Assembly: GCA_012523135.1 (NCBI GenBank)
Contig: JAAYJD010000295.1
Location: 20,366 to 84,365 of the forward strand
DNA from: Clostridiaceae bacterium
Lineage (GTDB): Bacteria > Bacillota > Clostridia > Saccharofermentanales > UBA5734
Length of the DNA stretch: 64,000 nt
Direction of reading: 5' to 3'
Shown here: in pieces, positions 45,602-54,306 of the stretch
How the letters are laid out: every line of letters starts with the position of its first letter
How positions within the stretch are numbered: the stretch's first letter is position 1
Made by a program: the position numbers and the translations under genes
The notes under the pieces: generated by a model
Seen by the model: the letters and a program-made list of their open reading frames with translations, nothing else
Databases searched by the model: none
Told to the model about the DNA's origin: nothing

Positions 45602-46099
45602 TCAGGATACGACATCGAGGATAACCTGCCAGGCTTGGGCCAGATCGTCGAGTGAAAAGCGGGCATTGGCCGGGCTGGTCGATGGCAGCACGATCACCGG
45701 CAGCCGCGTCTGCGTCTGTACGTGCTGCCGGTAGAGCGTCCCGGCCTTCTGGCCGTTGGCAACCACCAGCTCGACCGGGCAGCGCGCGACCAGGTCGGCG
45801 ATCGGGTTGGCAGCCGGCGAACGGATGCTGCTGTCGGCGGAACCCTGGATCGAGCACTGCTGCAGGACATCCCACAAGGCCAGCTGGTGATCCAGGATCA
45901 GCGCACGCCTCGCTCCGGTCGTCTGCGGTACCGGACACGCAAACAGCCTGGCCAGCAAAGGCCAGAAGCGGTTGCGGGGATGGCCGTAGTAGAACTGGCT
46001 GCGCCGCGACTGCACCGACGGCATGGTCCCCAGGATCAAGACCCGGCTGGTCGCGTTCCAAACCGGTTCGAACGGATGGCAGACACATTCACCGCTCAC
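45602..46099 (-). CDS. DNA-deoxyinosine (hypoxanthine) glycosylase, UDG superfamily
   Basis: 165 aa. VLILGTMPSVQSRRSQFYYGHPRNRFW matches the family-6-type UDG start as I recall it. The GTG start lies 4 nt after the upstream stop. Confidence 0.78.
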   Translation of the reverse strand: MSGECVCHPFEPVWNATSRVLILGTMPSVQSRRSQFYYGHPRNRFWPLLARLFACPVPQTTGARRALILDHQLALWDVLQQCSIQGSADSSIRSPAANPIADLVARCPVELVVANGQKAGTLYRQHVQTQTRLPVIVLPSTSPANARFSLDDLAQAWQVILDVVS

Positions 46100-46103
46100 G
46101 CGC

Positions 46104-47267
46104 TCACCGGACCCGCCTGGGCTTGACCGGTTTGCGCCGCCGGCGACGCCCGGCCAGTCCGGCTGCGATGATCAGCGGGACCAGCAGGATAAACGCGGTA
46201 CGCCAGGGGTCGGCGCGCCAGAAGCCGTCCTTGGCCGGCGGTTCGGCGGTTCCTGTCTCCACCGGCGCTGGTTGTGTCACAGGCGCGGTTTGCGTCGGGG
46301 TCGGCAGCGGCGTGGGCGGCGCGGGTGGCGCGCTGGCCTCCGGCGCATCTGACGGCAGCGGCCCCAGGAGCTGGCGGGCAGCCTCGTGCAGCAGCGTCCG
46401 GCTGTAGATAAACGTTGAGCCGGCCCGGTCGGCATCGCGGGCGCCCAGAATGACGGAGATCAGCTCGCGGCCATCGACCAGCTCGGCGGCGGCGACCAGG
46501 CAGTTGCCGGCATAATAGGTGCTCCCGGTCTTAACCCCGGTATAGCGCGCGATGTACGCCGACTGGAAAGCGGTTTCACCGAACAGGAGCAGCCGGTTGG
46601 AATTGTTCAGCAGGCCCCAGCCCGGGTAGGGGTGCAGGTTGGTCGGCGGCATGACATACTGGCTGAGGCCCGCCAGCGCGCGGAACTGCTCGTTGTCCAA
46701 AGCATAATCGGTGAGCAGAGCCAGCTCCCGGGCAGTGGTTACATGGTTGTCGTCGTGCAGGCCGCTGGGGTTGCAAAAATGGGTCTGGGTCAGGCCAAGT
46801 TCAGTCGCCTTGCTGTTCATGCGCAGCGCGAACCGGTCGGTGGTCCCGTCCAGCGTCTCAGCCAGGACATTGGCCGCGTCATTGCCGGATGCGACCAGCA
46901 AACCGGCGATCAGGTCGCTGACCTGAACCACTTCGCCGGCCAGAAGCCCGACTTTGGAGGAAGCGGAACCCAGTGTGACGGCCTTTTCGGAGACGGTCGC
47001 CTCCAGGTCCGGCGGCAGCTCCTCCAGGGCCAGCAGCGCGGTCATGATCTTGGTCGTGCTGGCCGGATAACCGATGCGGTCCGCCTGGTGCTCGAAGACA
47101 AACTGGCCCGTGCTGCGGTCGTAAACGGCGTAGGCTTCGGCCTGGATCGCGTCGAGGGTCGGCCAACCGGCGGATGACGCGGCCGCCGGTGCGGCCGCCA
47201 GGCCCAGTACAGCGGCCAGAACAGCCGCCAGAAGACTCCATCGGGATTGTCTGCCTGTTTTCAGCAT
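46104..47267 (-). CDS. D-alanyl-D-alanine carboxypeptidase (S11, PBP5/6-like)
   Basis: 387 aa. Signal peptide. SxxK (ASTTK), SxN (SGN) and KTG motifs. Pro/Thr-rich linker, C-terminal TM helix and a polybasic tail. Confidence 0.9.
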   Translation of the reverse strand: MLKTGRQSRWSLLAAVLAAVLGLAAAPAAASSAGWPTLDAIQAEAYAVYDRSTGQFVFEHQADRIGYPASTTKIMTALLALEELPPDLEATVSEKAVTLGSASSKVGLLAGEVVQVSDLIAGLLVASGNDAANVLAETLDGTTDRFALRMNSKATELGLTQTHFCNPSGLHDDNHVTTARELALLTDYALDNEQFRALAGLSQYVMPPTNLHPYPGWGLLNNSNRLLLFGETAFQSAYIARYTGVKTGSTYYAGNCLVAAAELVDGRELISVILGARDADRAGSTFIYSRTLLHEAARQLLGPLPSDAPEASAPPAPPTPLPTPTQTAPVTQPAPVETGTAEPPAKDGFWRADPWRTAFILLVPLIIAAGLAGRRRRRKPVKPRRVR

Positions 47268-47275
47268 CGTGCCGG

Positions 47276-49036
47276 TCAGGATGCAGGTCCCGGCAGAAAA
47301 TCGCCGGATCCGGCCGGCCGGGCGTCATAAAGGCGCGCATAAAGGCCGTGGTTGGCCAGCAGCTGATCATGGCTGCCGCGTTCGACGATCCGCCCCTGTT
47401 CCAGAACCAGGATCTGGTCCGCGCGGCGCACGGTCGAGAGGCGATGGGCGATGACCACGATCGTCCGGCTGCCGACCAGCGTCTGGATGGCCTGCTGGAT
47501 CTCGCTTTCCGTTTCCGTATCGACCGAGGCGGTCGCCTCGTCCAGGATCAGGATCGGCTTGTCGCGCAGAACCGCCCTGGCGATGGCCAGGCGCTGTTTC
47601 TGCCCGCCTGACAGGCGGATGCCGCGCTCACCCACCAGGGTCTGGTAGCCCTGGGGCAATTCGGAGATGAAATCATGGGCCCGGGCAATCCGGGCCGCCC
47701 GTACGACATCCTCATGGGTGGTCTGCTCGAGCCCATAGGCGATGTTCTCTTCGACGCTGCCGTGGAACAGGAACACATCCTGGAGCACGATGCTGATCTG
47801 CTCGCGCAGGGCGTGCAGCGTCAGCTCGGCGATGTCGTTGCCGTCGATCAGGATGCGGCCAGCGGTCGGCTCGTAAAAGCGGGCCAGCAGCGAGACCATC
47901 GTCGTCTTGCCGACACCCGTCGGGCCGACGAGGGCCACCATCTGGCCGGGTTTGGCCCGGAAGGAGATATCCTTGAGTACGGCGATATCCGACGCGTAGG
48001 AAAAATCGACATGCTCGAAGACGATATCGCCCTGGACGCGCTCGATCTCCCGGGCGCCGGGACGGTCGGCCACATCCGGCTCCGCGTCCAGGACCTGCAG
48101 GACGCGCTCCGCGCCGGCCAGGGCGGTCTGGACATCCTCGGCGACGCGCGCCAGGTGGGTGATCGGCTGGTAAAACAGATTGAGGTACATCAGGAAGCCG
48201 ATGATGTCGGCGACGTTCATCCGGCCCTGCCAGGCCAGATAGCCGCCGAAACCGACGACGATGACATGGCCGGAGGCGCTGATAAACTCGATCATCGGAT
48301 GGAAGATGGCGCTCTTCTTCAAGGCGCGCAAGATGGCGTCACGCCAGCTGACGGCGGTTTTCTCGATGTTGCGGGCTTCGCGCTTTTGCTGGTTGAAGAC
48401 CTGGATTTCCTTGATGCCGGACAAGTTGTCCTGCAGTCCCGCGTTCAATTCAGCCAAAGACTGCTGGGCGGCGCGGAAATCCGGCCGGATCCGCTTCATG
48501 AAAAAGACGCTGCCAACAGCCAGAAACGGGATCGGGATCAAGGTGAGCAAGGCCAGCAGCGGCTGGATCACGAAAAGCAGGATCGCCACACCGACCAGGA
48601 TCAGGAGGTTGGTGAACAGCTCGGGGATCGCGTGGGCGATCAGGGTCTCCAGCTGGGCGGTGTCGTTGACGACCCGGCTCATCAGCTGGCCGGTCTGTTT
48701 GTCGTGGTAATAGCTGAGCGACAGGCGCTGCAGGTGGTCGTAGACCTTCACGCGCATGTCCGTGACCAGGCGCCAGGCGCCGACATGAGCAAAATAATTG
48801 CTGACGAACCTGAAGCCCGCCCGTCCCAGGTAGGTCAGGCCCAAAATGACGGCGATCTGGCCGATGCGGCGTAAAACCGCGTCATCCAGCGTTCCCAGCA
48901 GGATGTTGGTCAGGTCGCGGACCAGCCAGGGTGCCACCAGGTTGAGCGCGGTGATCATCAGGGTCGAAAAAGCAGCGAGCAGCAGGTAAAGCTTGTAGGG
49001 CGCCGCGTGGTGCAGCATGCGTCGGAAAGCAGACAC
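47276..49036 (-). CDS. ABC transporter ATP-binding/permease fusion (MsbA/multidrug exporter type)
   Basis: 586 aa. Six-helix TMD plus an NBD with GPTGVGKTT, LSGGQKQR, ILILDEATS. GTG start 6 nt after GGAGGA. Confidence 0.92.
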   Translation of the reverse strand: MSAFRRMLHHAAPYKLYLLLAAFSTLMITALNLVAPWLVRDLTNILLGTLDDAVLRRIGQIAVILGLTYLGRAGFRFVSNYFAHVGAWRLVTDMRVKVYDHLQRLSLSYYHDKQTGQLMSRVVNDTAQLETLIAHAIPELFTNLLILVGVAILLFVIQPLLALLTLIPIPFLAVGSVFFMKRIRPDFRAAQQSLAELNAGLQDNLSGIKEIQVFNQQKREARNIEKTAVSWRDAILRALKKSAIFHPMIEFISASGHVIVVGFGGYLAWQGRMNVADIIGFLMYLNLFYQPITHLARVAEDVQTALAGAERVLQVLDAEPDVADRPGAREIERVQGDIVFEHVDFSYASDIAVLKDISFRAKPGQMVALVGPTGVGKTTMVSLLARFYEPTAGRILIDGNDIAELTLHALREQISIVLQDVFLFHGSVEENIAYGLEQTTHEDVVRAARIARAHDFISELPQGYQTLVGERGIRLSGGQKQRLAIARAVLRDKPILILDEATASVDTETESEIQQAIQTLVGSRTIVVIAHRLSTVRRADQILVLEQGRIVERGSHDQLLANHGLYARLYDARPAGSGDFLPGPAS

Positions 49037-49109
49037 AGATTATCCTCCAGAACGTAAATGTCGTGTTGCCCTCATTATCCTTCAGGACAAACGTTCTGAC
49101 AAGCCAGGC

Positions 49110-49138
49110 TGACCGGGGTTCGCTCGATTTGGTATAAT
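49110..49138 (+). promoter_or_regulatory. extended -10 promoter of the fnr-like gene
   Basis: TGACCG, 17-nt spacer ending in TGg, then consensus TATAAT (49133-49138). Confidence 0.45.
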
Positions 49139-49162
49139 TGAGCTAAAAGGGAGGTGACCGCT

Positions 49163-49873
49163 TTGCCGTTAGCCTGCGGCCCGGACTGCCAGCTGTGCCT
49201 GGACAAGCTCTGCATGCAAAAGGTCCCGATTTTCGCCGACCTGGCCCGTGACGACCTGGAGACGATCGCCCGGCGCATCCTGCACCGCAGCATCCCCAGG
49301 GGAGCGGTCATCCAGGCTGCCGGAGACCGGGCGGACGCCATCACCATCGTCAACACGGGCAAGGTCAAGGCCTCCCGCTATTCAGAGGACGGCAAGGAGC
49401 AGATCGTGTCCCTGTTCAGCGAAGGTGATTTCTTCGGCGAGCACGGCCTGTTCCACGACGAGGCCGCGCCCTACCAGCTCGAGGCCCTGACCGATGTCCG
49501 CCTGTGCCAGCTCTTCCGGACCGATTTCCAGGATCTGCTCCAGGCTCACCCCAACATCGCGCTCCAGGTCCTGACGGCCTTGAGCAAGCGGCTCTATGCC
49601 CTGGAGAAAACGCTGGGCAGCCAGAGCCTGGACAGCCGCATGCAGGCACTGCTGCTCGAATTTGCCGAAAAGTACGGCCGCCGGCAATCTGCTGGCCTGC
49701 TGGTGCGTCTGCCGCTCAGCCGGGAAGGCATCGCCAGCTACCTGGGGGTCGCCCGGGAGACAGTTTCTAGGAAGTTCAGCCAGCTCGAACAGGACGGCAT
49801 CCTGCGCGCGATCGGCCACAAAAGCATCCAGATCCTCGATCTGGACGCCCTGCGGGCCAACAGCAAATTTTGA
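49163..49873 (+). CDS. FNR-type Crp/Fnr family regulator with an N-terminal Cys cluster
   Basis: TTG start 8 nt after GGGAGG; the track GTG at 49154 overlaps the SD. N-terminal C-x3-C-x2-C-x4-C plus Cys118 (track numbering) mimic the E. coli FNR [4Fe-4S] ligand pattern. cNMP-like barrel and C-terminal HTH REGIASYLGVARETVSRKF. Confidence 0.88.
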   Translation: MPLACGPDCQLCLDKLCMQKVPIFADLARDDLETIARRILHRSIPRGAVIQAAGDRADAITIVNTGKVKASRYSEDGKEQIVSLFSEGDFFGEHGLFHDEAAPYQLEALTDVRLCQLFRTDFQDLLQAHPNIALQVLTALSKRLYALEKTLGSQSLDSRMQALLLEFAEKYGRRQSAGLLVRLPLSREGIASYLGVARETVSRKFSQLEQDGILRAIGHKSIQILDLDALRANSKF

Positions 49874-49918
49874 TTCAGATCACAGAAATCCGTCCGCCCT
49901 GGCGGTATGCTGAGACCA
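49870..49918 (+). promoter_or_regulatory. predicted class II FNR/CRP-dependent promoter of the DUF438/hemerythrin gene
   Basis: TTGAT-TCAG-ATCAC (49870-49883), 9/10 to the FNR consensus, and also TTTGA-N6-TCACA, 9/10 to CRP. It overlaps the fnr-like stop codon. The TATGCT -10 at 49906-49911 puts the site centre at about -41.5. Confidence 0.5.
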
Positions 49919-50052
49919 TCAGGAAACATGGGCGAGCCGAAGATGACCGTGCAGCACCATCGTCAATACGTCGTTCCCGCCTGTTTCCCCAACTGGCCGC
50001 GGCAGCGCAGAACGGTGCCTGCCGCGACAACAAGACGAAAGGATGCCAAGCC

Positions 50053-51285
50053 ATGAGTGAACTGATCAACAACAGCCGGCAGCGCCGCGACCAGCTTAAA
50101 GCCCTGATCCAGCAGCTGCATGACGGCAAGACCGTGGACGAAGTCCGCGGCGAATTCGAGGCCCATTTCGGCCACGTGTCCGCGGCCGAAATAGCCAAAC
50201 TGGAGCAGGAGCTCGTTCAGGACGGCCTGCCGGCCACGGAAATTCAGCGCCTCTGCGATGTCCACGCCGCCGTTTTCAAGGGATCGATCGAGGAGATTCA
50301 CCGGCCGACGGAACCGGCCGAGATTCCCGGACACCCTGTCCAGGTTTTTCAGCGTGAAAACCGCCATCTTGAGCGCCTGATGGCCAAGGAGATCGAACCT
50401 CTCCTGGCCAAGCCGGCCGCTGGGGACGTTAAAGGCCGGCTGCTGGATGCCCTCGAAAAGCTTGTGTCGATCGACATCCATTACAGCCGCAAGGAGAACC
50501 TGCTTTTTCCCTACCTGGAAAAGAACGGCGTCACCGCACCGCCCAAGGTGATGTGGGGTGTGGATGACGAAATCCGCGCGCAGATCAAGGCGGTCCGCCA
50601 GGTCGTCGCCGCCTGGTCCGGCCAGCAGGAGATGACCGACGCGCTGCGGGGTCAGGTCGAGGACGCGCTGGTCCGGGTCCGGGAGATGGTGTTCAAAGAG
50701 GAAAACATCCTGCTGCCCCTGGCCCTGGAGACGCTCAGCGAAGCGGAATGGGGCCAGATCGCCCAGGAGAGCGCGGATATCGGCTATTGCCTGATCAAGC
50801 CGGAAAGCGTCTATCCCTGGCGGCCGCAAGTGCCAGCAGCTGCCGCGGGCACACCCGAGCCGGCTGGCGCGATGCCCGAGGGGATGCTGCGCCTGCCCAG
50901 CGGGATCCTCAAGCTGGACGAGATCGTCCGCTTGCTGGACACGTTGCCCTTTGACCTCACCTTCGTCGACGCCGAAGACACCGTGCGCTATTTTTCGCAG
51001 GGCAAGGACCGGATCTTCGCCCGCACCAAGGCGATCATCGGGCGCAAAGTCGTCCATTGTCATCCGCCGGCCAGCGTCCATGTCGTCGAGGAGATCCTCG
51101 ATGACTTTAAAGCCGGCCAGCGCGACCAGGCCGATTTCTGGATCCACATGGGGCCGCGCTATGTCCTGATCCGGTATTACGCCGTGCGCGACGAAAGCGG
51201 CGCCTACCTGGGCACGCTGGAAGTGACCCAGGACATCGCGCCGATCCAGGCGATCTCAGGCGACAAGCGGCTGCTGGACGGCTGA
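50053..51285 (+). CDS. DUF438 / hemerythrin-like (HHE) / PAS domain protein
   Basis: 410 aa from the ATG at 50053. The N-terminal DUF438-like region, central hemerythrin-type His/Glu helices (HYSRKENLLFPYLEK) and C-terminal PAS (TFVDAEDTVRYFSQGKDRIF..HCHPP) follow the known family layout. Confidence 0.85.
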   Translation: MSELINNSRQRRDQLKALIQQLHDGKTVDEVRGEFEAHFGHVSAAEIAKLEQELVQDGLPATEIQRLCDVHAAVFKGSIEEIHRPTEPAEIPGHPVQVFQRENRHLERLMAKEIEPLLAKPAAGDVKGRLLDALEKLVSIDIHYSRKENLLFPYLEKNGVTAPPKVMWGVDDEIRAQIKAVRQVVAAWSGQQEMTDALRGQVEDALVRVREMVFKEENILLPLALETLSEAEWGQIAQESADIGYCLIKPESVYPWRPQVPAAAAGTPEPAGAMPEGMLRLPSGILKLDEIVRLLDTLPFDLTFVDAEDTVRYFSQGKDRIFARTKAIIGRKVVHCHPPASVHVVEEILDDFKAGQRDQADFWIHMGPRYVLIRYYAVRDESGAYLGTLEVTQDIAPIQAISGDKRLLDG

Positions 51286-51289
51286 CAGC

Positions 51290-52405
51290 CTACAGGTTGG
51301 TCAATGTCAGTCGGTTGCTGACCGACAGCTCGCGGATCTCCCCGGCTGTCAGTTCGCGGCCCTGCTGCTGTGACTGGTAGATGCCCTCCTGGAGCAGCTG
51401 CGTTTGCAGGGCGATCCGGGCCGTAGGCAGCAGCGGGCACTGCCCGCTCAGGGCGGCGATCCAATGTCCCTGGCTGCTGTCGTAGACAGACTGCTCGCAA
51501 AAGACGGTGTGGTTGCGGTAGTCCATGGCCTTGATGTCAATCTCGGCTTCCAGTTCGAGGTCGTCCTGCGTGAAGAAGAAGCGCAGCGGATCGAGGCGGA
51601 TGCCGCCCAGGTCACCGAGCAGCATCGAGCCCGGAAACGGGCCCATATGCACCGCCCAGGACTCGAGGACATCCAGGGTCAGGCCGTTCTCATAGGTCGC
51701 GAAACCGCAGCCCAGCTCCTCGACGTTGAAGCCGGACAGCTGGCGGCGGCCTTCGTTCATGGCAACCCGGGCGTAGGTCGCGCCCACGACCCGTTCAAGC
51801 GCCGGCAGACCGGCCAGGTAAAGCAGCTGGGCAATGTGGTAGACCCCCATGTCGAACAGCGCGCCGCCGCCAGACGTCGTCTTGTTGACAAATTCCTTGG
51901 TGGCGTAGCCGTCGACATACGGACGGCCGCGCCGCCGCCAACCATACGAGCGCAGGTGGTACAGACGGCCCAGCCGCCCCTGATCGATCAGGCGGCGGGC
52001 CGCTTTGGTTTCCGGTTGGTACAAGGTGGCCAGCTGGATGTGCAGTTTGCGGCCGCTCGCCTCCATGGCCTCGTACATGGCCAGGGCGTCGGCGTACGAC
52101 CCGGCCATCGGCTTCTCGCAGTACACATCCTTGCCCGCTTCGAGTGCGGCGATGGCCACCGGCGCGTGCAGGTTGTTATGCAGGCAGACGTCGACCGCCT
52201 GGATGTCGTCGCGTTTGAGCAGGTCGCCGATCTGCGTGGTGCGGTCTTTTTCCGGGATATCGAATTCATCGCCGGTTTGGGCCAGCACTTGCGGGTCGAT
52301 GTCGCAGAGGGCGACGACGCGTGCCTGAGGGATCAGGCGGTAGTTGCGCAGATGCATATGGCCGATGATGCCGTTGCCGATCACGCCAATCCGAATCGGT
52401 TCCAT
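51290..52405 (-). CDS. Gfo/Idh/MocA family oxidoreductase
   Basis: 371 aa. Rossmann start IRIGVIGNGIIGHMH. GGAGGTGAGG SD. Confidence 0.9.
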   Translation of the reverse strand: MEPIRIGVIGNGIIGHMHLRNYRLIPQARVVALCDIDPQVLAQTGDEFDIPEKDRTTQIGDLLKRDDIQAVDVCLHNNLHAPVAIAALEAGKDVYCEKPMAGSYADALAMYEAMEASGRKLHIQLATLYQPETKAARRLIDQGRLGRLYHLRSYGWRRRGRPYVDGYATKEFVNKTTSGGGALFDMGVYHIAQLLYLAGLPALERVVGATYARVAMNEGRRQLSGFNVEELGCGFATYENGLTLDVLESWAVHMGPFPGSMLLGDLGGIRLDPLRFFFTQDDLELEAEIDIKAMDYRNHTVFCEQSVYDSSQGHWIAALSGQCPLLPTARIALQTQLLQEGIYQSQQQGRELTAGEIRELSVSNRLTLTNL

Positions 52406-52406
52406 C

Positions 52407-53261
52407 TTATGACCTCACCTCCTGGGGCTGTCCCTGGCGCACGCTGCGGGCGATGAAGCCTTCATCGTCTGCCGCGTCCGGGCTTTCAGCTTCAAGTTCC
52501 GCAATCTGGCTCTGCAGGCAGCCCAGCTGCCAGGCGACCCGCGCCAGTTCGTGCTGGCCGCTGTGGTGCTCGATCCTGCAGTCGCCCGCGTAGCCGCTGG
52601 CGGCCAGGCGGCGCAGGAGCGGCTTGCACCAGGTCACCGCGTCGGCCGAAAAATGGGTATGCATCAGGCTGGGCAGGCAGACCTCCAGGATTCTGGCGCC
52701 ATCCGGCTTTGTCCCGTCGCGCACATGGTACAGGTGGCCGTAGGCCGGATGGTCAACCGCGTCGCGTACCCGGCGCAGATTGTCCGGATCGCGGTCCCAG
52801 CCCCAATGGTTTTCCGGCCCGATCATCATGCCGTTGTCCTGGCAGATCCGGCAGTAGGCCCGGTACCGGGCCACGATCGCCTCGAACGCGTCCTCCGGCA
52901 TGGCCTGGTCGTCGCCGCCGAAATCGATCCGGACGCTGCGGGCGCCCAGGATGCGGGCGGCGTCCAGGTAGCGCAGCATCAATTGCTCGTGCTGTTTGCG
53001 CACGTCCGGATCCGAGTGCCAGAGATATGGTCCGTCCACGCACAGGTTGGCCAGGCCGATCTGGCGCTCGTCCAGCCAGCCGCGCACAAGCTTCAGGTAG
53101 TCGGCTTCAAGCGACTCAGGCGGCAGCAGGCCGGTCCAGATGTCCGCCCAGTGAACCTGGTAGCGCGATGACAGCAGTTCGAGGTAGCCCAGCAAGGTCA
53201 ACTGGCCTTTTCCGACCAGGCCGTGGAACGAATAAGACGCCAGGGCAACATGGAAAGTCAT
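52407..53261 (-). CDS. sugar phosphate isomerase/epimerase (TIM barrel)
   Basis: 284 aa. AAGGAGA SD. Its stop lies 1 nt before the downstream ATG. Confidence 0.82.
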   Translation of the reverse strand: MTFHVALASYSFHGLVGKGQLTLLGYLELLSSRYQVHWADIWTGLLPPESLEADYLKLVRGWLDERQIGLANLCVDGPYLWHSDPDVRKQHEQLMLRYLDAARILGARSVRIDFGGDDQAMPEDAFEAIVARYRAYCRICQDNGMMIGPENHWGWDRDPDNLRRVRDAVDHPAYGHLYHVRDGTKPDGARILEVCLPSLMHTHFSADAVTWCKPLLRRLAASGYAGDCRIEHHSGQHELARVAWQLGCLQSQIAELEAESPDAADDEGFIARSVRQGQPQEVRS

Positions 53262-53277
53262 GAGGCCATCTCCTTTA

Positions 53278-53814
53278 TCAGTCCTTGATGCGAAAGTGCG
53301 TGCGGTAAGCCTGGATGCATTTCGCGATCACCTGGCGGGCCGCTTCATGGTCTTCGACCTCCTGCAGGCTGGTCGGCGTGTGTTCGAGCGACTTGTACAC
53401 GGTGAAGAAATGCTGGATTTCGGAGAAGATATGGCGGGGCAGTTCGTTGATGTCGTGCCACTGGTTCATCTGCGGGTCCTCAAAGGGGATGGCGATGATC
53501 TTTTCGTCCAGCTCGTCGTCATCGGTCATCGAGAAAATGCCGATCGGGTAGCAGTCAACCAGGCACATCGGCTGGAGCTGTTCCGAGCACAGCACCAGGA
53601 CATCGAGCGGATCGCCGTCATCGGCCAGGGTGCGCGGCACGAAGCCGTAGTTGGCGGGGTAATGGGTCGATGTGTACAAGATGCGGTCCAGGCGCAGCAT
53701 GCCGGTCGCCTTGTCCAGCTCGTATTTCTGTTTGCCGCCTTTGGGGATTTCGATCACGGCGACAAATTTGTCCGGCCGGATCCGGCTTTCCGAAATGTCA
53801 TGCCAGATATTCAC
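53278..53814 (-). CDS. ppa: inorganic diphosphatase, family I
   Basis: 178 aa from the GTG at 53814 (AAAGGGA SD). Motifs IEIPKGGKQKYELDK, YPANYGFVP, DGDPLDVLVL. The 47-codon upstream extension in the track was rejected. Confidence 0.9.
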   Translation of the reverse strand: MNIWHDISESRIRPDKFVAVIEIPKGGKQKYELDKATGMLRLDRILYTSTHYPANYGFVPRTLADDGDPLDVLVLCSEQLQPMCLVDCYPIGIFSMTDDDELDEKIIAIPFEDPQMNQWHDINELPRHIFSEIQHFFTVYKSLEHTPTSLQEVEDHEAARQVIAKCIQAYRTHFRIKD

Positions 53815-53837
53815 CTGACGTGTCCCTTTCAGCCCGC

Positions 53838-54284
53838 TCAGGGCCAGAGCACCTGGCGGGCCTTCTGCATACGGTCCGTCAGGTCGATCCAGTCGGCCAA
53901 CTGGCCGACCGCCGGTTTGCCGCCCTCCAGCAGGGCGGCGCAGCTGATCTGGCAACAGAGGATTTCACAGCCGTGCTTTTGCAAGGCGGCCAGCAGGTCG
54001 AGCACAGGGCTTTGGCTGCCGGCGAGCAAAACGGCGCTGCCATAGAGCAGCAAGGCTGTAGGCGGTGCCGGATTGCCGGCCAGGGTGCGCAGGAAAGCGG
54101 CCATCAAGGCCTGGCCGAGTGAAGTGTCGATCGTCTGGTCGCCCAGGGTTTGTCCGCGCAGCGCGATCACGGGTCCGGCAGACGGCTGGTCTGTTATGTC
54201 CGGAAAGGGATCGGGCAGGAGCATCTGCAACGGGTTTTGCAGCGCGGTACGGGTCTTTGTTTGGCTTGCAGGTCTGCTGGTCAA
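53838..54284 (-). CDS. stand-alone DsrE/YedF-C-terminal-like sulfur/selenium-relay domain protein
   Basis: 148 aa from the TTG at 54284 (GGAGGAGG SD 6 nt upstream). The core LLLYGSAVLL..GCEILCCQISC..VGQLADWIDL..ARQVLWP parallels the C-terminal half of YedF-type proteins. No TusA/SirA domain. Confidence 0.65.
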   Translation of the reverse strand: MTSRPASQTKTRTALQNPLQMLLPDPFPDITDQPSAGPVIALRGQTLGDQTIDTSLGQALMAAFLRTLAGNPAPPTALLLYGSAVLLAGSQSPVLDLLAALQKHGCEILCCQISCAALLEGGKPAVGQLADWIDLTDRMQKARQVLWP

Positions 54285-54306
54285 CGTGAGCCTCCTCCTT
54301 TTTTGC

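Noticed and set aside
49048-49098. CAGAACGT-N35-ACGTTCTG inverted repeat in the ABC exporter / fnr intergenic region
   Set aside because: 8-bp arms with a 35-nt loop are expected about once by chance. There is no supporting T-tract or conservation evidence. It is left as a note only.
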